Of a DNA stretch of 58,580 bases, positions 1-12,989 are shown piece by piece. Numbering within the stretch: the first letter of the stretch is position 1; each line of letters starts with the position of its first letter. Under the pieces are notes generated by a model. It ran no database searches, had not been told where the DNA came from, and saw only the letters and a program-made list of their open reading frames with translations. This stretch comes from Octopus bimaculoides. Its lineage: Eukaryota. The position numbers were made by a program, and so were the translations under genes. Location: contig NC_068984.1 in NCBI RefSeq assembly GCF_001194135.2, positions 114,481,045 through 114,539,624 of the forward strand, read 5' to 3'.

Positions 1-247
1 TATTGTGCGGGTGGCACATAAAAGACACCATTTCGAGCGTGGCCGTTTTCGTGCGGGTGACACGTAAAAGCACCCACTACACTCTCTGAGTGGTTGGCGT
101 TAGGAAGGGCATCCAGCTGTAGAAACTCTGCCAAATCAGACTGGAGCCTGGTGTTGCCATCCGGTTTCACCAGTCCTCAGTCAAATCGTCCAACCCATGC
201 TAGCATGGAAAGCGGACGTTAAACGATGATGATGATGATGATGATGA
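1..247 (+). mobile_element. Young RTE-type LINE 3' end / RTE-tail repeat with (GAT)n tail
   Basis: Near-identical to the copies at 39981-40212 and 58345-58580 (reverse orientation); ends ...catgctagcatggaaagcggacgttaaacgatgatgat. Confidence 0.85.
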
Positions 248-610
248 TATATGAGAGAGAGAAAGAAATCAATAAAAGTAAGAAAGAAAGGAAGGAAGAA
301 AAAAAGAAATGAAAAAGAAATGGTAGAAAATACTTGGTTTTAAATATAAGCAGAAGCAGCTAAATCTTTACTCACAAAATATAAGTAGATTTACTGATAG
401 ACCATATAGAAAACATTAGTAAGAATAAAGACTTACTTTACTGAAGAGAGAGAGGGAGATGGAGAGAGTATAAGAGAGAGGGAGAGAGTACAAGAGAGAC
501 AGAGAGAGGGAGAGAGTACAAGAGAGACAGAGAGAGTGGGAAAAAGAGGGAGTGAGAGAGAATGTTTCTTTGAGGTATTTTTTCCCCTCAGCCATATTGT
601 AACAACTTAC

Positions 611-723
611 TTTGTCTATTTTTTATTGAAGTGATTTCTTCTTCGAAGGACTGTCCTGCAGATCTAGCGAAAGCTTCTGCAGTGGAGCAGAAGCCATGGT
701 GGACTAAGTAGGTCGAGACAATT
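611..723 (-). CDS. RANBP9: RanBPM exon, 113 nt, (K)[37 protein letters not shown], LisH motif
   Basis: ttttttttgctacag|A ATT GTC TCG ACC TAC TTA GTC CAC CAT GGC ... AGA CAA A|GTAAGT. Confidence 0.97.
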
Positions 724-2776
724 CTGTAGCAAAAAAAAGAAAGGGAAACTTAGAAGATTTTTTCAAAACTCTATAAAAACTTGCACACAAAATTTTAAAC
801 TTCATTATTCTTCACACACAAAAACTTTCAACACGACATTTGAACAATATCAACTATTTTAAGAAGCAGCTATTTATTTCTACAGTCTAAATCTTAAACA
901 TAAATGTTGATCACAAATCCCAATAATAATTCTAGTATAGGCAGCAAAAACCATACATTTTGGCAGGGTGGATGTATAGTCAATTAGATCAACTCTGATA
1001 CAAGTTGGTAGTTATTTTATCTGATCTAAAATTTCATACAAACCAGTGAATGCTTTTATTTACTAATTTCTGTACCAGAACAAATATCTTTTGGTTTAAC
1101 TCAGAATGTTCAGGTATGCTCGTCACTGGGGAGAGCAAATAAAATCAAAACACCAGTGTCTAACCATCTGCCACTGAAGTTGTGAGTGAACCCTGAGTTT
1201 TTTTTTTAACACACAAGTCTCTTTGAGATGTTTCTCTGAGACAAACTATTGCAGTTAGTGCCTTTCTATGTTTGTAGATATATTACAAATTTTATATGCA
1301 TTATTATATTTTCAACAGGATACAAACCTATAATTCAGGAGACCAGAATATGGTACCTCACACAAGATGTTACTGCACTTAACCACAATAGTGATAACAT
1401 TCTAACAACAATACTAATATCATTACTAAAATAAGACACATGAGAATAGAAAGTTGTGATGTTTAGGTTTTACCCAAAGTTGCAATACAATACAAGGAAA
1501 AATGGTTTTAATTGTGAATCAGAAACCTGATTGTATTATTGTCTGTCACTAGGAGCAGTAGAACTAATACCAACATAGCAATAGTAGTATCAGTAATAGT
1601 AGTTTCAAATTTTGGCACAATGCCAGAAATTTTAGAGGCAGTGGGTTAGTTAATTACAGTAACTTCAGTACTTGACTGGTACTTCTATTTTATTGACCCT
1701 GATAGGATGAAAAGCAAAGTTGGCTTCAGCAGGATTTGAACTCAGAAGATAAAGAGCTGGAAGAAATGGCATTAAGCATTTCATCTGACATGCTATTGAT
1801 TCTGCCAGCTTGCTACCTTAGTTTCAGTGATGATAATACTTTTATCTAATGAGGATTTGTAACTTAGGCAGGACTCACATTTTGGATTGGAATATAATTG
1901 ACTGAATCAAACCTAGTAATTAACTGATACTTTTGATCTGGCACCCTCGTTTTTTGCCAACCTTTGCTCTTAAAAATAATATCAATGATAAAACAAATTA
2001 TAAAGTTAAGCTTGTGGTTAAATCCTGGGCTCTGAAACAGTGCTCTTAGAAAGCTCGCATGCAAACTCACATACACACACATGTATATAGGTTAAAAGAA
2101 CATATATGCAATGTAAAGACAACTGACATAAATAATGAACATACAAACACTGCCAATATAACAAAAATGTCAGCCTGTTTCAAAGGAAAATAATTACTAT
2201 TTCCAATAATACATATTAATTACAAAGCTGTGCAAGAATATTTAGTGTGGGAAGGAGGGCAGATGCCAGGAATATTTCCCTATGGAAGAATAGAAAGCAA
2301 ACCATTCCTTTTGTTTTTAAAGGCTCATAATTGAAAGGAGATACCTTGTACAATGCAGTCTCTTAGATCTTAAAAGTGAAAAAAAAGAGATCTTAATGAA
2401 ACCAACTAAGCTAAACTAGATTCTGTGTACAACTGAAACACTTGTGATCTTAGAAACTGGTATCTAATGGATGAACACAAAGTACACAAACCTTCAGAAC
2501 TAACATAATAAAATGGGAAAAATAGCAGCACCACAAGAAAATACTTCCTCTATTTGTGAGATGTAGAGAAGTTTCTCACCAAAAACAAAGCATAATTAAA
2601 AAGTATAAAATTACAAAAATAAGCCAAGCCACTTCACCCCATTAGACACACACACACGCATGCACAAAGACCAAAAGGACTTAAGTTGGTGATCTCAGCC
2701 AAAGTAGAAAGAACAAGAATTACAAAATATGAAAAAAAGCATCAACACTAACAAAGGTTTTCTCATCCAATCTAAG

Positions 2777-2778
<2 letters not shown>

Positions 2779-2828
<50 letters not shown>
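2779..2828 (+). repeat. (GA)n microsatellite; representative of dozens of (GA)n, (CA)n, (TA)n, (TAA)n, (CCA)n and (GAT)n tracts in the window
   Basis: Direct observation. Confidence 0.95.
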
Positions 2829-2832
<4 letters not shown>

Positions 2833-3887
2833 GGCGAACAGATAGTGAGCAATGTTTGAGTTCAAAATATAGAATGAGTAAAAAAGCCAGCACAAAAAAG
2901 TATACTGTGAATGAAACAATATAACAAGACAATAAGAATCAAGAGCACAACAAAGTAAGAAGAAAAAAAACTCAACAAAATAACCTACATTTCAGCTACA
3001 TCACCTAAAAGCAAAATACTGACAAGCCATAATTATTATGGGTATCCAATAAAACAGATCATCAATTATAGAACTATTATAAAAACACCACTCTAACCCG
3101 ACATAAAAGTACAGCAGAGAAGACATGAGCAGAATGAACCTATGAGAGAGCCCCTAAGTGGTTGTCCAACCTGTTGGAAATAGCAATCAAATTTTCCTCA
3201 AATCACACCCTACCATCTTAAAACTATCCCCAAAAAACATATTAGATAATGTAATCTTACATAGACTATCTTCTTTAATCCTTTACTTGATTTAGACATT
3301 AGACTGCAGCCATGCAAGGACACTGCTTTGAAGGTTTTAGCCCAACAAATCAATCTCAATGCTTTATTTTTAAGTCTGATACTTATTCCACTGGTCTCTT
3401 TTGCTGAACTAAATTATGGAGGTGTAAGCAAACCAATACTGGATGTCAAGCAAGGGTGAGAGGAACAAACATACACACACACACACAAAAAAAAATATAT
3501 CATCATCATCATTTAACATCCATCTTCCATGCATGATTTTACACCTGAAGGCCCTTCTAAATGGCAACCACATTACAGTGTGGACTGGATGTTTTTAACT
3601 TGACACCAATACTGGCAGGGTAACCAAGTAACTTGCAAGTCAAGGAGTTATGAGAGAGGCGGGGCATTTGAGGAGGGGAACTTATGTCAAAAGATGAAAA
3701 GTTAGAGTGTGACAAAAAGACAGAAGCAGGTGTCTTGCCACAACACAGGGGGCATTAGAGAATGTGATCTAGTATCAGATGATGAAAGGTTAGAGTGTAA
3801 CAGAGAAACAGAGGCAGAAATAGGTGTCTTGCTAGACAGAAGGTGCATGGTATGTGAGACAGAAAGAGAGAGATAGATAGAGAGAGG

Positions 3888-3941
<54 letters not shown>

Positions 3942-6174
3942 GGAGAGATAAATGTTCTCCTGATTCTTATTGTCTTGTTATACTGTTTCGTTCACAGTAA
4001 ACTCTTGTGCTGGTTTTTTACTCATTCTATATCTTGAACTCTCCCTCTCTCACATACAATGATCTTCCATACAGTTTCTATCTACTAAATTTATTCACAA
4101 GGCATTGGTCAGCCTGTGCTATAACAGAAGACACTTGCCAAAGGTGCCACCCAGTGGAACTGAACCTGAAACCTTCAGCTTGCAAACTAAACTTCTTTAC
4201 ACATGATCTGTTTCATCAAGGCTGACTTAAGATTAAACAACTATGTGAGCAGTTTAGTACAAATGGTTAAGCAATAGAATAAACCCAAGAGAATATTCTC
4301 CTATTCCTTATATAAAACCACTTGGTGTGGAGAAGGGTATAAATCCTTGTAATTATAAAAGAGACCACAGAAAATGAAATCAGAACACTTTGTACCTTGA
4401 GAGCTTGCCCTGACATTACATCACCATCATCTTTATCTTCTTTCCAACTATTCCTATCCACATTTATATAGCAATATGCCTCTGCTTGTCCCCCTGTCAT
4501 ATTTTAGCCTCTTAACACCTGGCATAAAGCCACCTTCTCCTCTCACTCCAGTTGATGAGACTTTTCCCTTTTCTTTTCATCTTGGTGACCTCATCATTGC
4601 CAGTACCATAAAAGCACCCAGTACACACTGAAGTGGTTGGTATAACAAAGAGCATCTGATCAGAGAAATCATGCCAAAGCTGACATTTGAGCTAGATAGA
4701 GCTAGTCCGATCCTGCCAAGCTGTCCAACCCCTGCCAGCATGGAAAAACAGACACTAAATAATGGTAGTAGGAAAACTGAGCTTTGTTAAGTCCTTGTAA
4801 GAAATCAAATACTGAAGCTTGAACAGTAAGAGTCTTAACTTTGATTTGGGAGATCAAGGATAAAAAATGTAAAGTTTGTTGTTGACAGCTTGAGATAAGT
4901 GTCTTTATACTAGTTTCTTGAGGATCATTAAAAAAAAAAAAATAAGGAAACTGGCAGAAACTATGGAATGTGATGTAGCTGCAATGAGACAATCAACCAC
5001 ACTGTCTCAGTTGGTCAAGTACTGAGGAAATTTGAGTTTATATAAAGAGGTAAAACAGGACTGGTAAATATGTGCTCAAGAAACTCTGCAAATACGGCCA
5101 ACAAAAACCAAACAATGCAAGCACACATCACATATTAGAGTTTTGTCAGCGTCAAAACCACAGTGTAAGACAAGCTACAGTACTTACTGAAAGAGAGATA
5201 AAATAAACCCCATCAAACAAAAAAATTTTAAAGAAGTGTTTACTTATTTTTTTTGCTTGTAGACATTATCATTTTAACCAATGAAAACGTCTTGAAATAT
5301 CTAGGGAAAATTTCTTATTCTACAATATAAAAACTTACAATTATCTAGAACCTTTTGTATCCCAGCAGCTCCTTTTACTGGGTAGGGTTTTACAAATGCC
5401 ACCACCCCATGTTTTGCAAATAAATAGATAAATAAATAAAGAAAGAAAATAGTATCATCAAACGCAAGCTAGTTTGGGGCAGTGATTTACTGGTTTATTT
5501 TTATTTTCTTATCTTTAATTTCTTTCAGTCATTAGATTACAGCCATGCTGGGCAAATCAAACCCAGTCGTTTCCATCAGTCTCTTTTGCTGAACTGCTAA
5601 ATTACAGGGAAGTAACCAAATCAACACCGGGTTGTCAAAAAGTGGATGGGCAAGGACACCCACACCCACACACACAGCTTTTATCAACCAAATTCACTCC
5701 GAAGACATTGGCCTGCCTGGGACTACAACACAAGACACTTGCCCAAGCCGCTGCACAGTGGGACTAAACCTGGAACTATGTGGTTGCAAGGAGAGCATCT
5801 TAACCACATAGCCATGCATGCATCTATTTATATTTTCTAATATAATCATATCCAGCTTCTGCTTCCTTTTAGATACTAACAGGGGACTAATGCCCACTAT
5901 CATAAATTTGTATGAAAATTACTAAAGAAGGCAAGCATTTATGTAACAAAAGTATTCTGGGCCTTAGTACAGAACCAGCTTTGTTTCTGATCACTGATAG
6001 TGCAATGTCTGAGTCATATTCTAAGCTTAGCAAAGCATGGATAAGAAAGTTGCTTCACACAACCATGTGGTCTTGGACTCAGTACCACTGCATGGCATCT
6101 TGGGTGTCTTCTGTAACCTGGAGCCAACCAATGCCTTGCGAGTGAATTTAATAAGCAGAAACTGAAAGAAGTCC

Positions 6175-6211
<37 letters not shown>

Positions 6212-6619
6212 ATGAGTTTGTATTTATTCTCCACCACCACTTGACAACTGGTGTTGGTTTGTTCACATCCCTTTAACTTGATAGTTCAGCAAAAGAGACC
6301 AGGCTTAAAAAATAAGTACTAAGGTTGATTTGTATGTCTAAACCCTCCAAGGCAGTACTCCAGCATGGCTGCAGTCCAATGACTAAAGCAAGTAAACAAT
6401 AAAAGATGTACCTGGTTATGATAAATGTATTGTACTGCTCTAAATACTTAAACCCCACCCCTAGCTCATTCCTGACATTTTCCACTCTCTCTTGAGCCCT
6501 CAACACCCACAAGGAGCTGCTACCATCTAAGGGTTAACAACCACTTGTCTAGAATGCAGGAGTTGGTTGAAATCAAATGAAATATCACTAAAGTTAGAGA
6601 AAGAAAAGATTATGAATTG

Positions 6620-6875
6620 CAGGTGGCACGTAAAAAACACTATTTTGAGCGTGACCGTTGCCAGTACTGTGTGACTGGCCCTCGTGCTGGTGGCACGTAA
6701 AAGCACCCACCACACTCTCGGAATGGTTGGCGTTAGGAAGGGCATCCGGCTGTAGAAACTCTACCAGATCAGATTGGAGCCTGGTGCAGCCTTCTGGCTT
6801 GCCAGTCCTCAGTCAAATCGTCCAACCCATGCTAGCATGGAAAGCGGATGTTAAACAATGATGATGATGATGATA
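6620..6875 (+). mobile_element. RTE-tail repeat, second subfamily
   Basis: Same 3' body and (GAT)n tail. Its 5' part (gccagtactgtgtgactggcc) resembles the copy at 35217-35450. Confidence 0.8.
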
Positions 6876-9163
6876 TATAAGGATACTATCTGCACTTTGT
6901 ATCCTGTGAAAAATATCACAGTTAGACACAGCACATGTTCAAAAAAATTAGGACACATACATCATACTCAAAATGAGTTCCTCCAGAAATACTGGAGACA
7001 ATGATTTGAGTATCATTATAAAATCAAACCACTTTAATTGAAGGCTCAATGCTTTAGCATTCAGATTACTTTGTCAAATGAAATGCTTATTTATTCACAT
7101 TGTTTTGAATTAATCGTGCTTTAACTTGAAGCTTTGAGATTTGGTGATGATTGTTCATTTTGAAAATGACATTATAAGGTAAGTGTGAGAGATCTGATTT
7201 GGCTAGTTTGAACATTAAACAGGTAGAATGTTTAGGCCTGATGTGGCCAGTCTAAATGCTAAAAGGGTTAACAAATTGGTTTACATTAGCAGAGAACAAG
7301 AAATTTGTTAAATATTTCTCCCCTCCCACCCCTTGCACACATGCTTTGACCATCCCCTTTCCATAGCATGACAGATTTTTTTTTTTACACCACAGGAATG
7401 TTGCTGTTAATACTTTACTATAACAGACAGTAATAACAACAACAATAAAAGTAACAATCTTTTGGTTAAAAGGGAGTAAATAACAATAATTGTTTCTAAT
7501 TTAAACATTAAGGCCAGCAATTTTTAAGGAAGGGCAGATCTTGACCTATACTTTATTTTAACCCCAGAGAGAGGAAAAGCAAGGTTAACCCTGGATGACT
7601 TGAATTCAGAACATAACAAGCCTGAACCAATGCCAGAAGGCATTTTTTCCCTAACACTAACAATTCTGTACTCCACTATCCTTGAAAGTGGTAGTAGTAG
7701 TAGTTTTAAATTTTGGCACAAGGCTAGCAATTTTTGGGGTGGGAGTAAGCCAGCTACATCAACTCCAGTGTCCAACTGGTACTTATTTTATCGACCCAAA
7801 AGAATGAACGGCAGAGTTTAAATTCAGAACATAAAGCAGGAAAAAATGTTCCTGAGCGTTCTGTTTAATGTGCCAAAGATTCCGCTCTGGATTGTCGCAA
7901 TAATAATAATAATAATAATAAGTAGAATTTTTTTCTAACAAAGACACAAATCTAGAAATTTGGGAAAGAAGGGTTTTATTTATTAAATCAATCCCATTAC
8001 TTGACTGGTACTTAATCACTGAAAGATGAAAGCAAAATCAACCCCTGGTGGAATTTGAATGTAAAAATGTGAATAGCTGTGAGAAATACTGCAAGGCATT
8101 TTGTCCAATGCTTTAACAACAATAAATAGTTTGAGCAACAGTACTAAGGTGCCAGATGCTGTAAAAAGCAAACTCTTGTTAACTCAAACAAAGCATGAAG
8201 TTCGCACCCCACCTCCCACTTTAGCATTTAAACTTAGAAGGCGAAGAGCTGAAAGAAATACTGCAAGGCATTCTGTCCAACGCTCCAACGATTCTGCCAA
8301 TCTGAGCATCATTAGAGCATAGCAGCAGTACTAAGCTGCCAGACATTGTTAGAACAGATTCCTATTAGCTCAAACAAAGCATGACGTCCACGACTGATAA
8401 TTTGGTAAGCAGCATTTTCAGATAAAAACCTATCTATCTGAACACCAATCGGGTGCAAAAGCCAACTACTAACTTAACTTCGTAGTTAAGTGAAAGGGTA
8501 AATTTAGCTCATACATAACCATGGAACTAATCGCCTTGCACTGTATCACCTACTTAAGTTTCTGTATAATTTCATTTCTCCTTATCGCTATTATAGCAGC
8601 AGCAAGACAAAATACAGGTTCAATGAGAGTATTAATTTTAATAAAGATTCTGTTTTACACTTGCAAAGACCTTGTTCTAACAGTAGCAAAAAGACACAAA
8701 CAAAAATGTAGGGAGAAGGAGAATACAGAAAAAAATTTTGTCAACTGAATAAATTCTTCTTTATTCAAATTATTCATTCAGTTTGTTTATTGAGTCAAGT
8801 TCTTAACTAGCTTAGTCAATCTGCTATCATCTACTGCCAACCTAAAGAGCTGTCCCCACCCTCTCTCACAGCTACTCAACAATAAATGGGCTTACAATTT
8901 AACATTATTAGTACACAATAGGAGAAAGAGAGAGAGAACATGTTTGAGTGAGTGTGTGTGCATATGAGTGAATGACAGAGAGAGAAAGGGAAGTGAACAG
9001 AAAATATGACCAAATAAATATATTACATATTTTCAAATACATGTAGACAGACATTTATTTGTATATCAATAATTGGTTCTAAATAATAAAAAAAAAGACA
9101 TTATACACACACACACACACACACACACGCATTCTCTCTCTCTCTTACAATAAAATTACGTGC

Positions 9164-9246
9164 TTTTGTAGCGCAGTTTGCCATTCTCCTTTTCGGTCCG
9201 AAACTGGGAATCTTTCTATGGTCAGTCTAGTCTTCATACGCCATTC
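9164..9246 (-). CDS. RANBP9: RanBPM exon, 83 nt with GC donor (or 98 nt to 9149 with GT donor), EWRMKTRLTIERFPVSDRKGEWQTALQ(K)
   Basis: tcttatttcactag|GAA TGG CGT ... CTA CAA AA|GCACGT. Phase 2 is required by the next exon. The 3' boundary is ambiguous (see findings). Confidence 0.9.
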
Positions 9247-9989
9247 CTAGTGAAATAAGAGGGGGAAACAGTTAATAGTGGTAAATGTAGTCCAGTCAAG
9301 ATGAAAGAAAGAAAGAAAGAAAAAAAAAGAAAAAACTCACACACACAACAGGAAATTTTATTTCTAATTTCCAAGAGTTCAAATTACTATCACCATTATC
9401 ATCAGACAATTTCATTTTTATGCTATAGCAGAAGACAAACATTTTTTTTTTTCTACACTGCACTGCCAAAACCAAAAGAGAGTGAAGCATGTAAAATTGT
9501 TCCAAGTGACTTAGTATTTGAGAAGTAAAGAAAATCTTTCCACAAGCAGGAAGTGACTAATAGACCCACATTTAAAACTGACAAAAGATCGCTTATTAAT
9601 TGATGAATACTCCTAAATATAAATGTATTATTGCTTTGAATGGTAGCCGTGTGTGTGTGCGCACGTGCACATGTATGTTTAGAATTGAATTACAAATGAG
9701 AAAAAAAAGTACTCACTACATGAATTAGAGTATATATTATATGATTTAAAGCTGAAACCTCAAACTGTCAAAACTTAGTTTCACATTTCCGATCACCAAA
9801 CAATCTAACCACTTATACATGCTACAATTAGCAAGTAATAATTCATACATGCTACATTTACCAAGTAATAATTGGAAATATTTCACAAATTCTTTTGGTA
9901 ATGGAAACATTATGAGAGAATAAATCTATTTCATTTGAGATTATTTGTTATGACCTAGTCTGGAGGAGGGGCAACATCTCTATACATAT

Positions 9990-11150
9990 AGCATGGCAAG
10001 ACTTGTGAGACTGCTAAGATCAATTCTCTTTCTGTTCACCTTGAACATTTGTGAAGTGACATCTGCAGGAAAAAAACATGAGAAGAGAACACCAGAAATT
10101 GGATACTCTGGAAGTGAAAGATTGGACAGAGTGATTAGCATAAGACATAAGGTGAGTGTTAGATATAACAGAATTGATGAAAGGAGAGACAAATGAATAG
10201 GCTGAGTTGGGTGGGCAGCAGAATTGTTTAGAGAAGCATAGGTCATTGCAACAACAATAAAATAAAGCAGAGAGAAGAAATGCTACAACTATAGACAGGA
10301 AGTTGAAGAGTATTGGTGAGCAAGTCTTCATGAATCTATTGGATGGCCATCATTTCGATGTTGCTTTGAATGTTTGTATATATAGCAGCAACACCATTCT
10401 AGACGTAGGAGAAGAATGCCATTTAAGATTGTAGTTGAGCTTTGTAGAAAGTCAGAAACTGAAGTATTTTGGGCCCTGTAGAGGAGAGCCAGTCTTTGGA
10501 CTGTAAATTAAGCTACATTTTGTGTATGTAGTATTGCTATGGAAGATCATCAACAAAGACACAGAGGTTACATCTGAAAATTTTAGTTGCAGATTGTCTA
10601 AGACTAAAGAAGGTGAAGTACAAATGGTTTTCTTAATATGAGCAGTGGTTGTCATTGTGCTATTGAAAATGACTAAGATTGTTATCTTGCCCACTGAAGG
10701 ATCTTTTCTCTGTTCATCAAGACAGTGCAGGTTTTATGGAGATGTTTAGGTCAAATGTGGACAACTGTGTAGGAAGTCGCAGAGCAGTAAAGAACAACAT
10801 CAGCAAGGGAGTGAGTAATGTTAGAAATGACAGTAAGTAGGTCTCTAAGTACAAGAGGAAATGTCCGGGGGTGGTTATGGCAAAAACACTTCTGATCATT
10901 GATTGTACTATGAGTATACTTAGATTTCATATCATCAAATGAAGTTGTGTTGTGATTATGCCTGAATAAAAAAATAAAAAGGATGGTCAAAGTTGGAACG
11001 TCTTTGATCATAGGTTTGCTCAAACGAAGTTGACCCAGGTCTAAAGAATGGCAACAACAACAACATGAACAATATGAGGTTCATGGTTACATGAGTATTG
11101 GAAAGCAATTTCCATGTTGTTTGTCAATATAGAACATCTGAAAACATACT
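9990..11150 (-). mobile_element. Highly decayed CR1/L2/Jockey-group LINE (RT C-terminal region)
   Basis: Minus frames retain DLNISI...ILQWAR.NNL and FYKAQLQ, plus an LQLP.YSCSISSL..LFY..CNDLCFS segment resembling RT C-terminal motifs. Many stops and frameshifts. Confidence 0.55.
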
Positions 11151-11565
11151 ATTCTTTGATTAGGCTCAGAGCCAATTTTTATATGGGAGGGCAATCACAT
11201 TAATCAAATATATCGATGAATAAAGAGATTGGTTCAACTGACTCCTGGCATATTAATGCTACTTATTTTATTGGCCCCAGAAAGATGAAAAGCAAAGTAA
11301 ATGTGGGAAGGATTTGAAGCTGGAATGCAAAGTACTTTATAAAAGAGATTTACATTAGATGTGTCTACTTTCTTTACCATTATATTAGTTTCAGTTAAGA
11401 AGAAAATCAAAAGATAAAGAAAACAGAAATTAAGAATAGAAAAGAGACAATATAATTGGAATGGAGTCAATATGTAAGAAGAATGGTTGGGTTGGGCAAT
11501 CACAAAAAAAGAAAAAGAAATATTGTAAAATGAAGAAAGTAATTACAATTAGCAAATGTCCTTAC

Positions 11566-11667
11566 CCACATGTAGTCTTCAATATCAAATACAAATGGAG
11601 ACTGTCCAAAATTTGCCTCAACCACTTCTCCAGGTGTCTGAAGTCCAACAGTGGGATACAAGTTTTG
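11566..11667 (-). CDS. RANBP9: RanBPM exon, 102 nt, [34 protein letters not shown] (end of SPRY)
   Basis: ttttcttatttag|CAA AAC TTG ... TAC ATG TGG|GTAAGG; 34 whole codons. Confidence 0.98.
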
Positions 11668-11709
11668 CTAAATAAGAAAATACAAAGAAAGTGAAATTAT
11701 GTATGTATG

Positions 11710-11752
<43 letters not shown>

Positions 11753-11847
11753 CAAGTGAGGATATATAAACCTCAGAGGGATAGGAATATCCAAGATTAG
11801 ACTAGTTGAATACTTTATAATATAGGCACACACATATATATTATTAT

Positions 11848-12360
11848 CATAAAAACTAAGAGAGAAGATGGAGATAAGATTAATAAAAGTTGACAAGACC
11901 TACAATTGTTTCAATTCATTGTTTATAGTATAAAATCAATCAAACTTAATTAAATCAATTTGGTTAATTATGATAAGCCAGGATATCATCAGAGAAGAAA
12001 GTACAAAGAAATTTATATATATATCATATCAAAAACATAACGAAAACATTAAATAATCAAACAAGACAAATACAGTGTACCATTAAAATTAATACATAAT
12101 ATAAAAATATATATTATGTATTAATTTTAATGGTACACTGTATTTTTCCTGTTTAATTATTTAGTGTTTTCATTATGTTTTCAATATGATATATATAAAT
12201 TTCTTTGTACATTCTTCCCTGATGATATTCTGGCTTATAATAATTAACCAAATTGATTGATTTTATACTATAAGCAATGAAATGAAACAATTGTAGGTCT
12301 TGTCAATGTATAAATAAATTTTTATTAATCTTATCTCCATCTTCTCTCTAGGTTTTTGTA
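11848..12360. repeat. Long imperfect inverted repeat (~250-nt arms, 6-nt loop at 12104-12109)
   Basis: aaatacagtgtaccattaaaattaatacataatata / tatattatgtattaattttaatggtacactgtattt is a perfect inner stem. Pairing continues outward to ...agagagaagatggagataagattaataaaa / ttttattaatcttatctccatcttctctct with two ~14-nt indels. Confidence 0.95.
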
Positions 12361-12364
12361 TGTA

Positions 12365-12401
<37 letters not shown>

Positions 12402-12735
12402 GAGACTCCCTTCAGTCACGAATGACCATGGGATTGCACCTAGAAAGTTACCCTCTGAGGCACAAGTCTGGGCAAGGTTGTTTATGGAAGACCAGCAGTC
12501 ACCCATGCATACCAACCTCCCCTCTCCATGCCACCAATGTTATCCAAGAGAAAGCAAAGGCCAATACAGTTTGGCACCAGTGACGTCACAACTCATTTCT
12601 ACAGCTGATTGAACTGGAGCACCGTGAAATAAAGTGTCTTGCTCAAGAACACAACACACAGCTCGGTCCAGGATTTGAACTCACAACCTGATGGTCATAA
12701 GTTCGACACTAACCACTGAGCCATGTGCCTTCACA
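12402..12735 (-). mobile_element. tRNA-derived SINE family 3 (related head at ~45350-45476)
   Basis: Minus strand: gaaggcacatggctcagtggttag (A box) ... gagttcaaatcc (B box) ... tgtgttcttgagcaagacactttatttcac. Confidence 0.75.
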
Positions 12736-12774
12736 CACACACACACACACACACATATAAAATCAATCTTTGAA

Positions 12775-12922
12775 TGTTGGGCCTGACGGAGGAAAAATGA
12801 CTGAGTTCCTTTCAAGCATTGGGCCTCACAGAGGCAAAGTGGCTGAGTTCCTTTCAAGTGTTGGGCCTCATGATGGCAAAGTGGCTGAGCTGCTTTCGAG
12901 TGTTGGGCCTCATGGAGGCAAT
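12775..12922 (+). repeat. Tandem repeat, ~3.5 x 42 bp
   Basis: Unit tggctgagttcctttcaagtgttgggcctcatgatggcaaag. Confidence 0.85.
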
Positions 12923-12989
12923 GACCAAGACCTTTGGTATTATGTTATGCTTGAGAAAACCAATCAAGCCGAGATGAACCGCAGCCATA

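Noticed and set aside
9158-9160. GT donor 4 nt downstream of the GC donor (CAC|GTAATT)
   Set aside because: Phase 0 would shift the next exon into a TAG stop, so it is incompatible with the conserved LisH sequence unless it is an NMD isoform.
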